From an uncultured Nitrospiraceae bacterium (lineage in GTDB: Bacteria > Nitrospirota > Nitrospiria > Nitrospirales > Nitrospiraceae): 64,000 nt of DNA. Under the pieces are notes generated by a model. That model searched no databases. It was not told the origin of the DNA and worked only from the letters and a program-made list of their open reading frames with translations. Shown here one piece after another: positions 39,883-50,946 of the stretch. The DNA lies in contig CAWJWJ010000002.1 in assembly GCA_963846575.1 (NCBI GenBank), forward strand, positions 1,344,001-1,408,000, given 5' to 3'. The position numbers and the translations under genes are program-made. The first letter of the stretch is position 1. Every line of letters starts with the position of its first letter.

Positions 39883-42198
39883 ATGCCGATGGCTGACCAC
39901 GACCACCACAGCATGATTACCGCGGAGAACGTCGATCTCAGCAATTGTGATCGGGAACAGGTGCAATATTGCGGTGCCATTCAGCCACATGGCGCATTGG
40001 CAGCGGTGGAGGAGGTGAAGTGGACGATCCAACAGGTCAGCGGAAATAGCCGGTCGATGTTGGGCCGGACACCCGAGGAACTGTTGGGCGCCGCGCTGGA
40101 GCGCCTGCTCGGCGGGGCGCAGCTGGAGCAGTTGCGTCAGGCCATGGCCGCCCAGCGAACCCTGAACTGTCCGCCCGTCAGATTGCTGACCGTGCGTCTC
40201 GACCGGGGCGCGGGGGCGATGGATGTCTTTGCGCATCGCAACGACGACGGAGTCTTGATACTGGAGTTCGAAGCCCTTTCGGAAGCAGGTCCGGACTCGT
40301 TACAAGATCTCCATAGCGAGGTGCGAACCAGTATTGCCGAACTGCAACGCACCGGATCGGTGCAGGAGTTTTTCGATCTCGCCGTCATGCGCATTCGTCA
40401 GTTTACGGGCTATGATCGTGTTCTGGCCTATAAGTTTTTGCCCGACGGGAGCGGCCGGGTCGTGTCGGAAGATCGCGAAGAGGGCCTGGAAAGTTATGTG
40501 GGACTTCATTATCCGGCCAGTGACATTCCCGAGCCGGCGCGACGCCTCTTCTCAAAAAAATGGGTCAGCCACCTCCCGAACGTGAGATATGAGCCGGTGC
40601 CGGTCATTTCCCACAGGACGAGCGAGGGGCCGATCGATCTGAGTTATGCCTTCATGCGGAGCGTCTCCGTCATGTACAGCGGTTATCTCCACAACATGGG
40701 TGTGCAGTCCTCCATGGTGTTGACGCTACTTCGGAACGGGAAGCTCTGGGGTCTGATCTCCTGCATGCATCATCGCTCGCCCAGGCATGTCTCATACCCC
40801 ACCAGGGTCACCGCAGAGGTCTTGGCGCATCTGATGTCGCTGACGATGGCGTCGAAAGAAGAACTGGAGGATCGCGAGGCTGTTGCCCACATGCAGAGCC
40901 TGACCGCCACTTTGCGGGAGACCATGCTGCAGCACCCGGAGCTTCCCGAAGGCCTGTTAAGGCATCAGCCCAATCTGCTGTCTTATTTCGGCGCATCCGG
41001 CGCCGTCGTCTGCCTGGATGGAGAGATACATCGGCTGGGCCACACGCCGGACGAAGGCCAACTCAAAGCGCTCTCGACCTGGTTGGGCGAGACCATGGAA
41101 GAGGATCAATTTTCAACGGACCGGCTCGCCGGGGTCCATCCTCCTGCGGCCGAATACGTACAGCAGGCCGCCGGTCTCTTGGCATTGCGGCTGTTCACCG
41201 GCGAGCCGCAGTTCATCCTCTGGTTCCGTCCCGAAGTCGAACGCACCGTGCATTGGGCCGGCGATCCCCGAAAGCCGGTCGCGATCTCTCGCGAAAACGG
41301 AGAGGAGCGTCTCATGCCTCGCACCTCCTTCGCGCTCTGGAAAGATTCAGTGCGCGGATCCTGTAGTCCGTGGCGCGAGAGCGAATTGAGCGCTGCCGCC
41401 GATCTTCGTCGAGCGATCGTCGATGTCGTGCTACGCACGAAGGCGATGGAGTTGGCCCGCTTCAAGGACACGCTCACCCGCAAGAATGTCGAGCTCGATG
41501 CCTTTGTCTATATCGCCTCGCATGATCTCAAAGAACCCTTACGCGGCATTCATCACTATGCCCGGTTTGTGTTGGAAGATTGTGAGGACAGGCTCGATGA
41601 GGACGGCAAGGGCAAACTTCGCACCATGGTGCAACTCACGGAGCGTATGGATCGACTCATTGACGACCTGCTGCACTACTCACGCCTCGGCCGGGAGGAA
41701 TTCGAAGCGGCACCGACCGATCTGCTTGCGCTGGTCACGGACGTCGTGCAGTCGCTCGCTCCACGATTACTGGAACGGGGCGTGACGGTGCGCATGCCCG
41801 CGTCGCTCCCACCGGTGACGGTCAATCCCGTCATGCTCCACGAAGTGTGCGCCAACCTCATCACGAATGCCATGAAGTACAACGACAAGCCGGAAAAATG
41901 GATCGAGATCGGCAGCCTCGCGCCAGGAACGTGGTCAAAAGGCGGGGAACCAGCGAGGTTGGAAGGAACGGTCGTCCTCTACGTGACGGACAACGGTATC
42001 GGGATCCCCCCAAAGCATTTCGATACGATTTTCCATATGTTTCGTCGCCTCCACGCGCGCGATGCCTTTGGAGGCGGCACGGGAGTCGGCTTGTCGATTG
42101 CCAGGAAAATTCTCGAACGGCATGGCGGGCATATTTGGGTGGAATCCCAGCCTGGACAGGGATCGACCTTTTACGTTGCACTGCCGGAGAACCGCTGA
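39883..42198 (+). CDS. bphP: Bacteriophytochrome histidine kinase (PAS-GAF-PHY-HisKA-HATPase)
   Basis: N-terminal CDRE..IQPHG, GYDRV, HYPASDIP, WFRPE, WAGDP, PRTSF, SHDLKEPLR, N/G boxes. Confidence 0.92.
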   Translation: MPMADHDHHSMITAENVDLSNCDREQVQYCGAIQPHGALAAVEEVKWTIQQVSGNSRSMLGRTPEELLGAALERLLGGAQLEQLRQAMAAQRTLNCPPVRLLTVRLDRGAGAMDVFAHRNDDGVLILEFEALSEAGPDSLQDLHSEVRTSIAELQRTGSVQEFFDLAVMRIRQFTGYDRVLAYKFLPDGSGRVVSEDREEGLESYVGLHYPASDIPEPARRLFSKKWVSHLPNVRYEPVPVISHRTSEGPIDLSYAFMRSVSVMYSGYLHNMGVQSSMVLTLLRNGKLWGLISCMHHRSPRHVSYPTRVTAEVLAHLMSLTMASKEELEDREAVAHMQSLTATLRETMLQHPELPEGLLRHQPNLLSYFGASGAVVCLDGEIHRLGHTPDEGQLKALSTWLGETMEEDQFSTDRLAGVHPPAAEYVQQAAGLLALRLFTGEPQFILWFRPEVERTVHWAGDPRKPVAISRENGEERLMPRTSFALWKDSVRGSCSPWRESELSAAADLRRAIVDVVLRTKAMELARFKDTLTRKNVELDAFVYIASHDLKEPLRGIHHYARFVLEDCEDRLDEDGKGKLRTMVQLTERMDRLIDDLLHYSRLGREEFEAAPTDLLALVTDVVQSLAPRLLERGVTVRMPASLPPVTVNPVMLHEVCANLITNAMKYNDKPEKWIEIGSLAPGTWSKGGEPARLEGTVVLYVTDNGIGIPPKHFDTIFHMFRRLHARDAFGGGTGVGLSIARKILERHGGHIWVESQPGQGSTFYVALPENR

Positions 42199-42364
42199 TG
42201 CCCGCGCGTCCGGGGATGGCGGATCCTGGTGGTGACGATGGCGAGGAGCAGGTCAACGGTGTGAACAACTCCGTTAGATCTCGCGATCTCGATGCAGCGA
42301 TTCACGAGCGTCTACGGGAGGAGGGTGACAGCATGATGGTGTGGGGAGAAGGGGAGAGAGGGCA

Positions 42365-42781
42365 ATGAACGATTCGAGACGGATCGTGCTCCTGATCATT
42401 GACGATAATCCTGTCGATCGGGTCACCTATCGCCGCTACCTTGAGCAGGTGTCCGGGAACTATGAGGTACATGATGCGGTCGACATCGAAACGGGGCTGG
42501 AGGCGGCTCATCGGCTGAAGCCCGATTGTGTGTTGCTTGACCTGATGTTGAATCAGGAATCCGGATTTGAAATTCTCAGTACCCTCGGGGAACGTACGGC
42601 ACAGCTTCGGCTGCCGGTCATCATGCTCACCGGAGCCTCCTGGGTCGCGCTGAAAGATGCGGCCATGAAATTAGGCGCTCGCGCCTATTTACGCAAGAAC
42701 CACATCGATGCCGTGACGCTGGATCGCACGATCCGCGAGGTGATCACGAATAAAACCGGGCCTCAACCGCGCGAGGATTAA
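42365..42781 (+). CDS. Single-domain response regulator
   Basis: IIDDN, VLLDLML, IMLTG, AYLRK. Confidence 0.88.
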   Translation: MNDSRRIVLLIIDDNPVDRVTYRRYLEQVSGNYEVHDAVDIETGLEAAHRLKPDCVLLDLMLNQESGFEILSTLGERTAQLRLPVIMLTGASWVALKDAAMKLGARAYLRKNHIDAVTLDRTIREVITNKTGPQPRED

Positions 42782-42972
42782 AACCCCCGACCGGCGGCCC
42801 GGTCGCACCTCGAGAGTGGTGACAACCACCGACGTTCCGCCCTCCGGGTAGGCCAGACCCGTCCCACGCTGCTGCGCGGGTTCCTCCTAGTTGTCCCCGG
42901 GATTGCCTTCGCTACAATAGTATGGAAAGAGCGGGCTGTTCTGACCCACGGGCGTTCTAGAGAGACTGGAGA

Positions 42973-43236
42973 ATGGCGCAGATGGCACAGGATACGAAGG
43001 ATTTACAGATGGGCGGTTGCCAGGTGCATTTAACCTACCACGCACTGGAGGATGGGCGCTGGACGGTAATGGGTATTGTCCGATGCGGGACGGCAGAGAA
43101 CGCCGGGGAGCAGTCGGTGGCGACGGGGCCCTTTCCGACCCGTGAGGCGGCTGAACAGGATGCATTGGAGCGGCTGGGCGAGGTCCTTGGAAATAATGTT
43201 GATCGAAGTCATTCGCGCGTGAAGAACTACAGCTAG
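42973..43236 (+). CDS. Hypothetical protein
   Basis: RBS GGAGA, 87 aa globular ORF. Confidence 0.6.
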   Translation: MAQMAQDTKDLQMGGCQVHLTYHALEDGRWTVMGIVRCGTAENAGEQSVATGPFPTREAAEQDALERLGEVLGNNVDRSHSRVKNYS

Positions 43237-43626
43237 ATCCACTGGTCCACCCGTTCTCCTCAGCATTTCCCTGCCTCCGCCGGCCCGATTCCTGGTGAGC
43301 GGATCGTGGCGGCCGGCCGAACCGCTCGTTAGAACCGACCTTGTACATGGGATCCGTGAGCCGCTTCCAGCGACGCTAGGGCCAATCGGCACGTACCGAA
43401 AGGACCGAGCACTGATCTCCGTGGCCCGACCACCGTGAACCCGGACTGATGCCGTAAAGGCGACAGTTTGAAACCTGCGGATAGACTTGGTATTCTCCGT
43501 CGTCGATCGAGATTGCGCGTCCATAGCTCTATCATTTCGCGTCACATGCGCCGGCGTCAGACCTGGTTCGGCGGATTACGGAGTTCCAATGTATGAGGGC
43601 GGGTTCGTGAAGGAACGCGAGTAGGT

Positions 43627-46600
43627 ATGGCATCATTCCTGCTCCGGTTCTCTCCGGGAAGTCTCTGGCATTTCGTCTGGATCGCGGTCGTCCTCTCCTG
43701 CCTGCTCAGTCTCCTTCTCAGTCGACTCATTCACGGACACATTGCCTGGGATTATCCCTTTTCGGCCGCCGTTATTTCGTTAGTGGTGGCTTCGATCGTG
43801 CTGTCGCTCATCAAACGGATGCGCGAGTTAGAACGCGAACTGACCGACAGGGCACATGAACGAGCGCAGGACCTTGCGGCGCGGACAGCAGCCGAGGAAG
43901 CCCTGCGGCATAGTGAAGAACGCTTCAGAGCCTTTATGGATCACAGCCCGGCAATCGCCTGGATGAAGGGTGACGACGGGCGGCACGTGTATGTGAATGA
44001 GGTCTTTTCCCGCCGATTCCATCTCACCCGGGAGCAGTGGCTGGGGCGGACGGACCACGAAATGTTTCCGCACGAAATTGCCGAACGACTCCATGAGCAT
44101 GACCGCGTCGTCTTGGCGGAGGGGCTCTCTAAGGACTTTCTCGAGATGGCGCCGGACCCGGATGGAACGTTGAGGGAGTGGTGGTCGTTCAAATTCCCCT
44201 TTCATGACCGTGCCGGGAAACGGTACGTCGGTGGCGTGGCGATCGATGTGACTGATCGCAAACGGACGGAGGCGGCCCTGCGCGTCAGCGAGGAGCGGTT
44301 GCGTCTGGCGCTCGGCGCAGCCCAGCTGGGGATCTGGGACTGGGACATCCGCTCCAATGTCGTGCAATGGTCCGACAACGTGCCTGTCATCTTCGGTGTC
44401 GCCGGTGAAGCCCTGGCGCATACCTACGAAGCCTATCTGAATCTCGTGCACCCGCAGGACCGGGACCGTGTGATGCAGGCCATCAGTCAGTCTCTTGAGG
44501 CCTATGCGGAGTACCGGATCGAACATCGCATCGTCCGGTCGGACGGGACGGTGCATTGGGTAGCCTCACGCGGTGACGTGCTCCGCGATTCCGACGGTGT
44601 CCCCTTGCGCATGTTGGGGACCATCGTGGACGTGACGCCTCGGAAGGAAATGGAGTTGAAACTCTCAGGCAGCGAGGCGCAGCTGCGGGCCATTCTCGAT
44701 CACAGTCCAGCGCTCGTCTTCCTCAAGGACCCCGAAGGCCGGTACCTCGACGTCAACCGGCAATTCGAACGGACATTCAAGCTCACCCGCGAGCGTATCA
44801 TCGGTCGCACGGACATGGAGCTGTTTCCTCCTCCGCAGGCGGCTGCGTTCCGGGCCAATGATCTCCTCGTGCTCGAGTCGGGGCGGCCGATCCAGTTTGA
44901 GGAATTCGCCTCCCATGATGATGGTCCGCATACGAGCCTCGTCTTCAAATTTCCCCTGCTGAATCTGGACGGCATCCCCTATGGAATCGGCGGGGTGGCC
45001 ACCGACATCACGGACCGGAAGAGAGCGGAAGAAGCCCTCGAAGAGGCCCGCGACCAGGCGATGGAGACGGCACGGCTCAAGTCGGAGTTTCTGGCGACGA
45101 TGAGCCACGAAATCAGGACCCCGATGAACGGGGTGATCGGGATGACGGGGCTGCTTCTGGAGACTGCGCTTACCGAGGAACAACAAGAATATGCGGAGGT
45201 GGTCAGAAAGAGTGCCGAGCACCTGCTCACGGTGATTAACGACATACTCGATTTTTCAAAAATCGAGGCCGGACGGCTCACGCTGGATCAGCTCGATTTC
45301 GACCTGCGGACCATGACCCAGGAAACTCTGGATCAGTTCAGAGCTCAAGCGCAGGGGAAGGGGCTTGGCCTGGTGGCGCTGGTCGAGGCGGCCGTTCCCT
45401 CGTCCGTGCGAGGGGATCCCGGCCGCTTGCGACAGATGCTCTCGAACCTGCTCGGCAATGCGATCAAGTTCACATTTCAGGGTAAGGTGGTCCTGCGTCT
45501 GCAGGTCCTGGAGGACGAGGCCGATCACGTCCGCCTCCGTGGCGAGGTGGAGGATACCGGGATGGGCATCAGTCCTGAAGGCCAATCCAGGCTGTTCCAG
45601 ACGTTCAGTCAAGTTGACGGTTCAAGCACGAGAAAGTATGGCGGCACAGGCCTGGGTTTGGCGATCTGCAAGCGCCTCACCGAACTCATGGGAGGTGAAA
45701 TCGGGGTCGAGAGTGCCATCGGCAAGGGGAGCCGGTTCTGGTTCACCGTGCAACTGTCGAAGGGCGCTGTCATGAGGGCGCAGGATCCGGGGTCCGTGCA
45801 GCCGCTCGACGGCCGGCGTATCTGTCTGGTGGGAAAGCCCGGCTCGAGTCAGACATTTCTCGAACAGACCATCAGGGAGAGGGGGATGGAGGGAACGGCA
45901 GCCAGGGATGCCGTTGAGGCCCTGGACCTTCTCTCCCGTGCGGCCATCGAAGAGAAACCGTACGATCTGGTTGTCCTTGAAGAGCAGCGATCGGGAGCCG
46001 AGGGAATTGCCTTTGCCAAGGCGCTGAAGGGGGATTCCCTGCTGAAAACGATCCCGCTAGTGGTCGTCACGTCCTTCGGCCAACGGGGGGACGCCAAGGC
46101 GGCGCAGGAGGCGGGGGTTGCTGCCTATCTGACCAGGCCGGTTCACCAGCCCACCTTGCGGCAATGCCTGACTAAACTACTCGACGAGGAAAAAGCCTAT
46201 TCCACCGATGACCAAGGACTCTCCCGGCCGCTCATCACCACCCATAGCCTTCAGGAACAAACTGATCGGGAACGCCCGCGCGTCTTGGTGGTCGACGAGC
46301 AGGAGAGCGATCAGGTCGCCGCGGTGACGTTGCTGGACCGCTTCGGGTGCCTGGCGGACGTGGCCGGAAGCGGGCAGGCGGCTCTTGAGGCGGTGAACCG
46401 GAGTTCCTACGACCTGGTCCTCATGGACTGCCACCTGTCCGGCATGAACGGGTATCAGACCGTTGCCAAGATTCGTCAGGGTGAAAGGCAGGGAACAAGG
46501 ATTCCCATTGTGGCGATAACGGGCGTGCCGCAAGAGCAGGATCGGGAACAGGGGGCGGCAGCCGGGATGGATGATCACCTTACCAAGCCCCTGGAAATAA

Positions 46601-46659
46601 CCCTGTTGGAACGTGTGTTGCGAGAATGGGTCAAGAAGGACTTCAACCGGCGCCACTAG
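43627..46659 (+). CDS. Membrane hybrid histidine kinase, 3 PAS + HK + 2 REC (first REC degenerate)
   Basis: 2 TM, PAS/PAC units, [30 protein letters not shown]1 has LEE/TRP, REC2 has LMD/TKP. Confidence 0.92.
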   Translation: MASFLLRFSPGSLWHFVWIAVVLSCLLSLLLSRLIHGHIAWDYPFSAAVISLVVASIVLSLIKRMRELERELTDRAHERAQDLAARTAAEEALRHSEERFRAFMDHSPAIAWMKGDDGRHVYVNEVFSRRFHLTREQWLGRTDHEMFPHEIAERLHEHDRVVLAEGLSKDFLEMAPDPDGTLREWWSFKFPFHDRAGKRYVGGVAIDVTDRKRTEAALRVSEERLRLALGAAQLGIWDWDIRSNVVQWSDNVPVIFGVAGEALAHTYEAYLNLVHPQDRDRVMQAISQSLEAYAEYRIEHRIVRSDGTVHWVASRGDVLRDSDGVPLRMLGTIVDVTPRKEMELKLSGSEAQLRAILDHSPALVFLKDPEGRYLDVNRQFERTFKLTRERIIGRTDMELFPPPQAAAFRANDLLVLESGRPIQFEEFASHDDGPHTSLVFKFPLLNLDGIPYGIGGVATDITDRKRAEEALEEARDQAMETARLKSEFLATMSHEIRTPMNGVIGMTGLLLETALTEEQQEYAEVVRKSAEHLLTVINDILDFSKIEAGRLTLDQLDFDLRTMTQETLDQFRAQAQGKGLGLVALVEAAVPSSVRGDPGRLRQMLSNLLGNAIKFTFQGKVVLRLQVLEDEADHVRLRGEVEDTGMGISPEGQSRLFQTFSQVDGSSTRKYGGTGLGLAICKRLTELMGGEIGVESAIGKGSRFWFTVQLSKGAVMRAQDPGSVQPLDGRRICLVGKPGSSQTFLEQTIRERGMEGTAARDAVEALDLLSRAAIEEKPYDLVVLEEQRSGAEGIAFAKALKGDSLLKTIPLVVVTSFGQRGDAKAAQEAGVAAYLTRPVHQPTLRQCLTKLLDEEKAYSTDDQGLSRPLITTHSLQEQTDRERPRVLVVDEQESDQVAAVTLLDRFGCLADVAGSGQAALEAVNRSSYDLVLMDCHLSGMNGYQTVAKIRQGERQGTRIPIVAITGVPQEQDREQGAAAGMDDHLTKPLEITLLERVLREWVKKDFNRRH

Positions 46660-46755
46660 GGGCTGGCTACCCCGTTTTCTTCCGTTGTGCCGTCGTCTCC
46701 GGTGAAAGCACAGACGCGGGAGCGAGACGAGAAGTCCGTTGAAGAGGAGGACCCC

Positions 46756-47475
46756 GTGGAACGTCTCAAGAACAAGATCGCGATTGTGACCGGGAGCAGC
46801 AGCGGGATCGGCAAGGCCATCGCCCTGAGGTTTGCTCAAGAAGGGGCGAGGGTGGTGGTGGCGGCTAGGCGGTTGGACAAATGTGAAGAAACCGTGGCGC
46901 AGATTCAGGACTCCGGAGGGACGGCCGTTCCGGTGCAAACCGATATCGCCGATGAAGCGCAGGTTGAGCGGCTGATCACGGGCGCCGTGCAGCGGTTTCA
47001 GCGCATCGATATCCTGGTGAACAACGCCGGTCTGTTCGGCGGTCGCCGGCTGGCGGAAACCAGTACCCACGCATTCGACGAGGTGATGAACACGAATCTG
47101 CGCGGCACGTTTTTCTGTTGCCGTGCGGGATTCCAGCAGATGAAGAAGCAGGGCGGGGGTACGATTATCAACATGTCCAGCGTGGCCGGAGTGCAAGCCT
47201 GGAGTGGAACCGGCACGTACAGCGCCTCCAAACATGCCATCATGGCGCTGACCAAGTCGCTCGCAGACGAGGGGCGGGCGCATCACATCAAGGTGGCTGC
47301 GATCTGTCCCGGCGGGGTGGCGGACGAGCTAGTGGACGCAACGGAGGAGGAGCGGGCCCGCAGCGAAAAAATCGATCCCTTCGACATTGCCGAGACGGCT
47401 CTGTATCTGGCTTGCCTGAGAGTCCAATCAGTCGTGCATCAGATCGTGGTAGATAGGATCGGCGCGGACTGGTAG
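46756..47475 (+). CDS. SDR family oxidoreductase
   Basis: TGSSSGIG, NNAG, YSASK; RBS GAGGAGG before GTG. Confidence 0.92.
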   Translation: MERLKNKIAIVTGSSSGIGKAIALRFAQEGARVVVAARRLDKCEETVAQIQDSGGTAVPVQTDIADEAQVERLITGAVQRFQRIDILVNNAGLFGGRRLAETSTHAFDEVMNTNLRGTFFCCRAGFQQMKKQGGGTIINMSSVAGVQAWSGTGTYSASKHAIMALTKSLADEGRAHHIKVAAICPGGVADELVDATEEERARSEKIDPFDIAETALYLACLRVQSVVHQIVVDRIGADW

Positions 47476-47502
47476 CGCTGCGGCCGGCTCGCGCGCGAAC
47501 AC

Positions 47503-48120
47503 CTACATGACTTTCGCCACGGCATGCAGCGGCTTCGCCGGATGGTGTAAGAGTGGAGGGCCGAGGGGGAGCAGCGCCTTGCCCGTAAACGCCTGGGTCA
47601 GGCTTCCGACGGCATGGTAAAAGGCCATCAATCCCACGACGATATGTCCATACCCGGGTAGTAACTCGCTGATGAAATCCAGGCGGGCGAAGGTGGTGGC
47701 GAGAAACGTGAAACTGATGACGACGTGAAGGGTGGCCAGGGTGACGTTCCGATAGGCTGTGAGATAGACCATCACGGCGGAGAAGACCGCATAGACGAGG
47801 TTGATCGGCGCATACAGGACGCTGTCGAATTGCACCGTCGAACTCGCGCTGACGAGCTTGACGGTGCAGAGGGTGATCCAGAGGAATCCGTACATCGTCA
47901 GCGCCGTCCCGCCGAGTTGCTCGTTGTAGCGAATGTCGGTAATCCCGGCCAGGAGCTGCACAATCCCCGCGAAAATCAACGCAATGACCACGGCGCCGAC
48001 CATGTTCCGAGGAGAAATCCATCCCAATTGCGCGACCCCCATGGTGAGGGCCCCCACTGCCAGTCCAAAGAGCCCGATGGCCAGGACGTCGATCCGCCGA
48101 CTCTGATTATCTTCGATCAT
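47503..48120 (-). CDS. GPR1/FUN34/YaaH (SatP-like) transporter
   Basis: Six TM helices, IGLFGLA, GIVQLLAG, GTALTMYGFLW, LPLG. Confidence 0.8.
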   Translation of the reverse strand: MIEDNQSRRIDVLAIGLFGLAVGALTMGVAQLGWISPRNMVGAVVIALIFAGIVQLLAGITDIRYNEQLGGTALTMYGFLWITLCTVKLVSASSTVQFDSVLYAPINLVYAVFSAVMVYLTAYRNVTLATLHVVISFTFLATTFARLDFISELLPGYGHIVVGLMAFYHAVGSLTQAFTGKALLPLGPPLLHHPAKPLHAVAKVM

Positions 48121-48304
48121 ATCGAATCACCTCCCGCTCACGCCAAGCGCCACGCTTCAGGTCTGATACGCAGTCAAAAAAGAACGGCGGCCAGCATGCA
48201 AGAGCTGGTTGCAAAAGGCAAGCAGGAAACTCATTCCCCATACCGACGTGGGGACTGCTGATCCGTTGGAGGTCGTGGCGCTGACGATCACTCGCCAGGG
48301 CACG

Positions 48305-48622
48305 CTAACTAGGCCCTGCCGGGGGAGCGAGAAATGTCTGCAGGCGTTTCAGTTGGGAGGGCTGAATCGACAGGAATCGAATGCCACATTGCGTATCACG
48401 AACCCATCGGACCGCGGCGAGATCCACGAGGATCGGCGGTTCCTCGAGGGCAAGGAGTAATCTCAGCGAGAGGTAGGTGTTGACGGATAACCGACCCACA
48501 CCTTCCACGCGGCAGCCTTCCACCGAGAGGTCCACCAGCCTGGCTTCTCCCGCCGCAGCAGAACTGCTTGAGAGCGACACCTGATAATAGACGGTCTGCT
48601 GCATCCTGGCCGGATATTCCAT
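48305..48622 (-). CDS. PilZ domain protein
   Basis: DLSVEGCRV, AAVRWV...GIRF. Confidence 0.75.
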   Translation of the reverse strand: MEYPARMQQTVYYQVSLSSSSAAAGEARLVDLSVEGCRVEGVGRLSVNTYLSLRLLLALEEPPILVDLAAVRWVRDTQCGIRFLSIQPSQLKRLQTFLAPPAGPS

Positions 48623-49199
48623 TCCTGACAGCGGTCAGGTCTTGTGACGGTGATCGGGTCGTGGCCCGGGTACCCCATAGGACCCATATCGGAGAAGTGC
48701 TCGATTGCACCATGCCGTCTGCTCCGTCAGCAGGTAAAGCGGATGAGCCTGAAACCCCCGTTACGCATTGGTTCCCGATGGAAACGAGTCATAACACATG
48801 CTCTGCAAAACAGGCGATCCCGATAATGTCTCCGACCATTTGGAATGGGGGAGATCCCTAGGGGCCGGACCAGGTATCCGGGCCGGGTGGGCCGAAATCC
48901 GATGGTACAGGGCATAAAAGTCGAAACCGGAAGGCGGGTGTTCGAGTTTCCCCGCTCTGTGGCATTCCACGCAGGACGAAAGCAGAAGCCTGTCGATCGG
49001 CTTCCAGAGCCATATGGCGCGGCCTTGACTGCAGGGGATTAGGGGCGCAAGCTGAATATATCTTCGGAGGTCGCGATGAAGCCTCATGAGATATTCCGTC
49101 ACTCCCACTGTCTCTCTTTCTGCTCCGTCCGGGCGTCTCCGGCCATTCTCCTGCATTGATGCCGGGCGCTTCCTTCACTCCCCTAACAAGGAGGTCTGT

Positions 49200-49559
49200 A
49201 TGAAAGCATCAATCTTGACCAGTCTGTTCATTTTGTCCGGGGTTATGTTCACGGCTGCGGCCTTCGCGAACCCGGCAACTCTGCCGGACCATCCCGGCTA
49301 CCCGATGGGCAAGTTGACCGATCCGGTCACTGGCCAATCCCTCGCCAATGACACGGGGAGGGAGAACGCGGTCGGAGATGAGGCGCTCAACAAGGCGGCG
49401 GCCTTTACGGACAACCAATTGAAAATGCAGCAAGGCATGGTCAACCAGAATAAAAAGGTTTCCGGTCCCGTCTCGAAAGCCCAAGAGTCAGATCGAGGTT
49501 CAGACATCATGACCGATCAACCGATGAAAGGATCGCGAGGCCAGCCTTCCTCGAAATGA
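49200..49559 (+). CDS. Exported hypothetical protein
   Basis: RBS AAGGAGGT, signal peptide ending AFA, NPATLPDHPGYPM. Confidence 0.7.
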   Translation: MKASILTSLFILSGVMFTAAAFANPATLPDHPGYPMGKLTDPVTGQSLANDTGRENAVGDEALNKAAAFTDNQLKMQQGMVNQNKKVSGPVSKAQESDRGSDIMTDQPMKGSRGQPSSK

Positions 49560-49713
49560 CCATTCGACTGTCTGCCAGTGACGAGTGACGGCCAATTGGT
49601 TCCGCGGGGCCTGGTCAAAGGCCGAGAGGCCCGAGGCAAGGCTCCGCGGCTCCTCATGAATTTGATTTTCCGCTTCCCGCCTTTTAGAATGCCGCCACTC
49701 ATCACGATCCGTT

Positions 49714-50436
49714 ATGACGACCAAGCCGCGCGATCCGAAAAATTCGTTCCGTACGAAAAAGCCTTCCAAGCCCTCGGTCACGCTTGCGCGCGGCCAAAAG
49801 CAGCGTTTCCAACAACGCCTGTTGAAATGGTACAAGCAGTTTGGTCGTGACCTTCCCTGGCGGAAGACCTCCGATCCCTATCACATCCTGGTATCGGAGG
49901 TGATGCTCCAGCAGACGCAGGTGGATCGAGTGATCCCCAAGTATCATGAATTCCTGGAGCGGTATCCGTCATTTGAGGAGTTAGCCGGGGCCCCGGTCGC
50001 CGAGGTCAAGCAGACCTGGTATCCGTTGGGATACAACATTCGTCCGGAACGGCTGCACAGCATCGCTTGCGAAACGGTGGTCCGATATGGCGGCAAACTG
50101 CCCAACGATCCGGTTGAATTGTTATCCTTCAAGGGAATTGGCCGGTATACGGCCGGAGCAATCCGTTCCTTTGCGTTCAACGAGGATGCCCCCATCCTGG
50201 ATACCAATGTGATACGCGTGCTGCATCGCGTTTTCATCGCGACCGGCGATCCGAAAACGCAGAAGGCCGCCCTCTGGCAGCTCTCGGAAGCCTTGATCCC
50301 CCGCGGGAAGGGATATGATTTTAATCAAGCCATCATGGATTTCGGCGCAACCGTCTGCGCGGCGAGGGACCCCTATTGCCTGTTGTGCCCGATGAAAACG
50401 TTTTGCAAGACCTTCCCATTCGAAGGCGGGAAGTGA
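49714..50436 (+). CDS. mutY: A/G-specific adenine glycosylase, catalytic domain only
   Basis: RDLPWR, VSEVMLQQTQV, HhH GIGRYTAGAI..DTNV, Cx6Cx2Cx5C. Confidence 0.82.
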   Translation: MTTKPRDPKNSFRTKKPSKPSVTLARGQKQRFQQRLLKWYKQFGRDLPWRKTSDPYHILVSEVMLQQTQVDRVIPKYHEFLERYPSFEELAGAPVAEVKQTWYPLGYNIRPERLHSIACETVVRYGGKLPNDPVELLSFKGIGRYTAGAIRSFAFNEDAPILDTNVIRVLHRVFIATGDPKTQKAALWQLSEALIPRGKGYDFNQAIMDFGATVCAARDPYCLLCPMKTFCKTFPFEGGK

Positions 50437-50547
50437 CGGGTCCGGCAATCTGTTGTGCTCGTTCGTCATCCCGCGAAATCCGGTTCCAGTTCCGCGACAG
50501 GCGCTGTTCACTCGTCATGCATAGGGGACAACAGGTCACGGGTTCTC

Positions 50548-50940
50548 ATGAAGGTCATCGAGGTGGCGGCAGGGTTGATTGCGCAAGAGGGACGGTATCT
50601 CATCGCGCGCCGGAAGGCAGGCGTCCACCTCGGCGGATACTGGGAGTTTCCCGGCGGCAAGCGGGAGGCTGGCGAAACCTTAGAGGAATGTCTGCAGCGG
50701 GAATTACGGGAAGAGTTGAATGTGTGCATCGATCTTCCCTTGCCCTTTCAGATCGTACGGCATGAATATCCCGAGAAAATTGTGGAATTGCATTTCTTCC
50801 GCTGCCGGATCGAGTCTGGCGAGGCGGTCGCGCAGGATTGTGCGGAACTTCGATGGGTCTATCCTCATGAAATGGCCGCGTTCCAGTTTCCGCCGGCCGA
50901 CCAGGCTATCATCACGGCGCTCCAGCAGGAACGGTTGTAA
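50548..50940 (+). CDS. mutT: MutT-like NUDIX dNTP pyrophosphohydrolase
   Basis: WEFPGGKREAGETLEECLQRELREEL, FPPAD. Confidence 0.85.
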   Translation: MKVIEVAAGLIAQEGRYLIARRKAGVHLGGYWEFPGGKREAGETLEECLQRELREELNVCIDLPLPFQIVRHEYPEKIVELHFFRCRIESGEAVAQDCAELRWVYPHEMAAFQFPPADQAIITALQQERL

Positions 50941-50946
50941 GGGCCG

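Noticed and set aside
48761..49156. CVECH heme-c motif in a minus-strand ORF
   Set aside because: No signal peptide and the ORF itself is doubtful; the motif may be chance or zinc-binding
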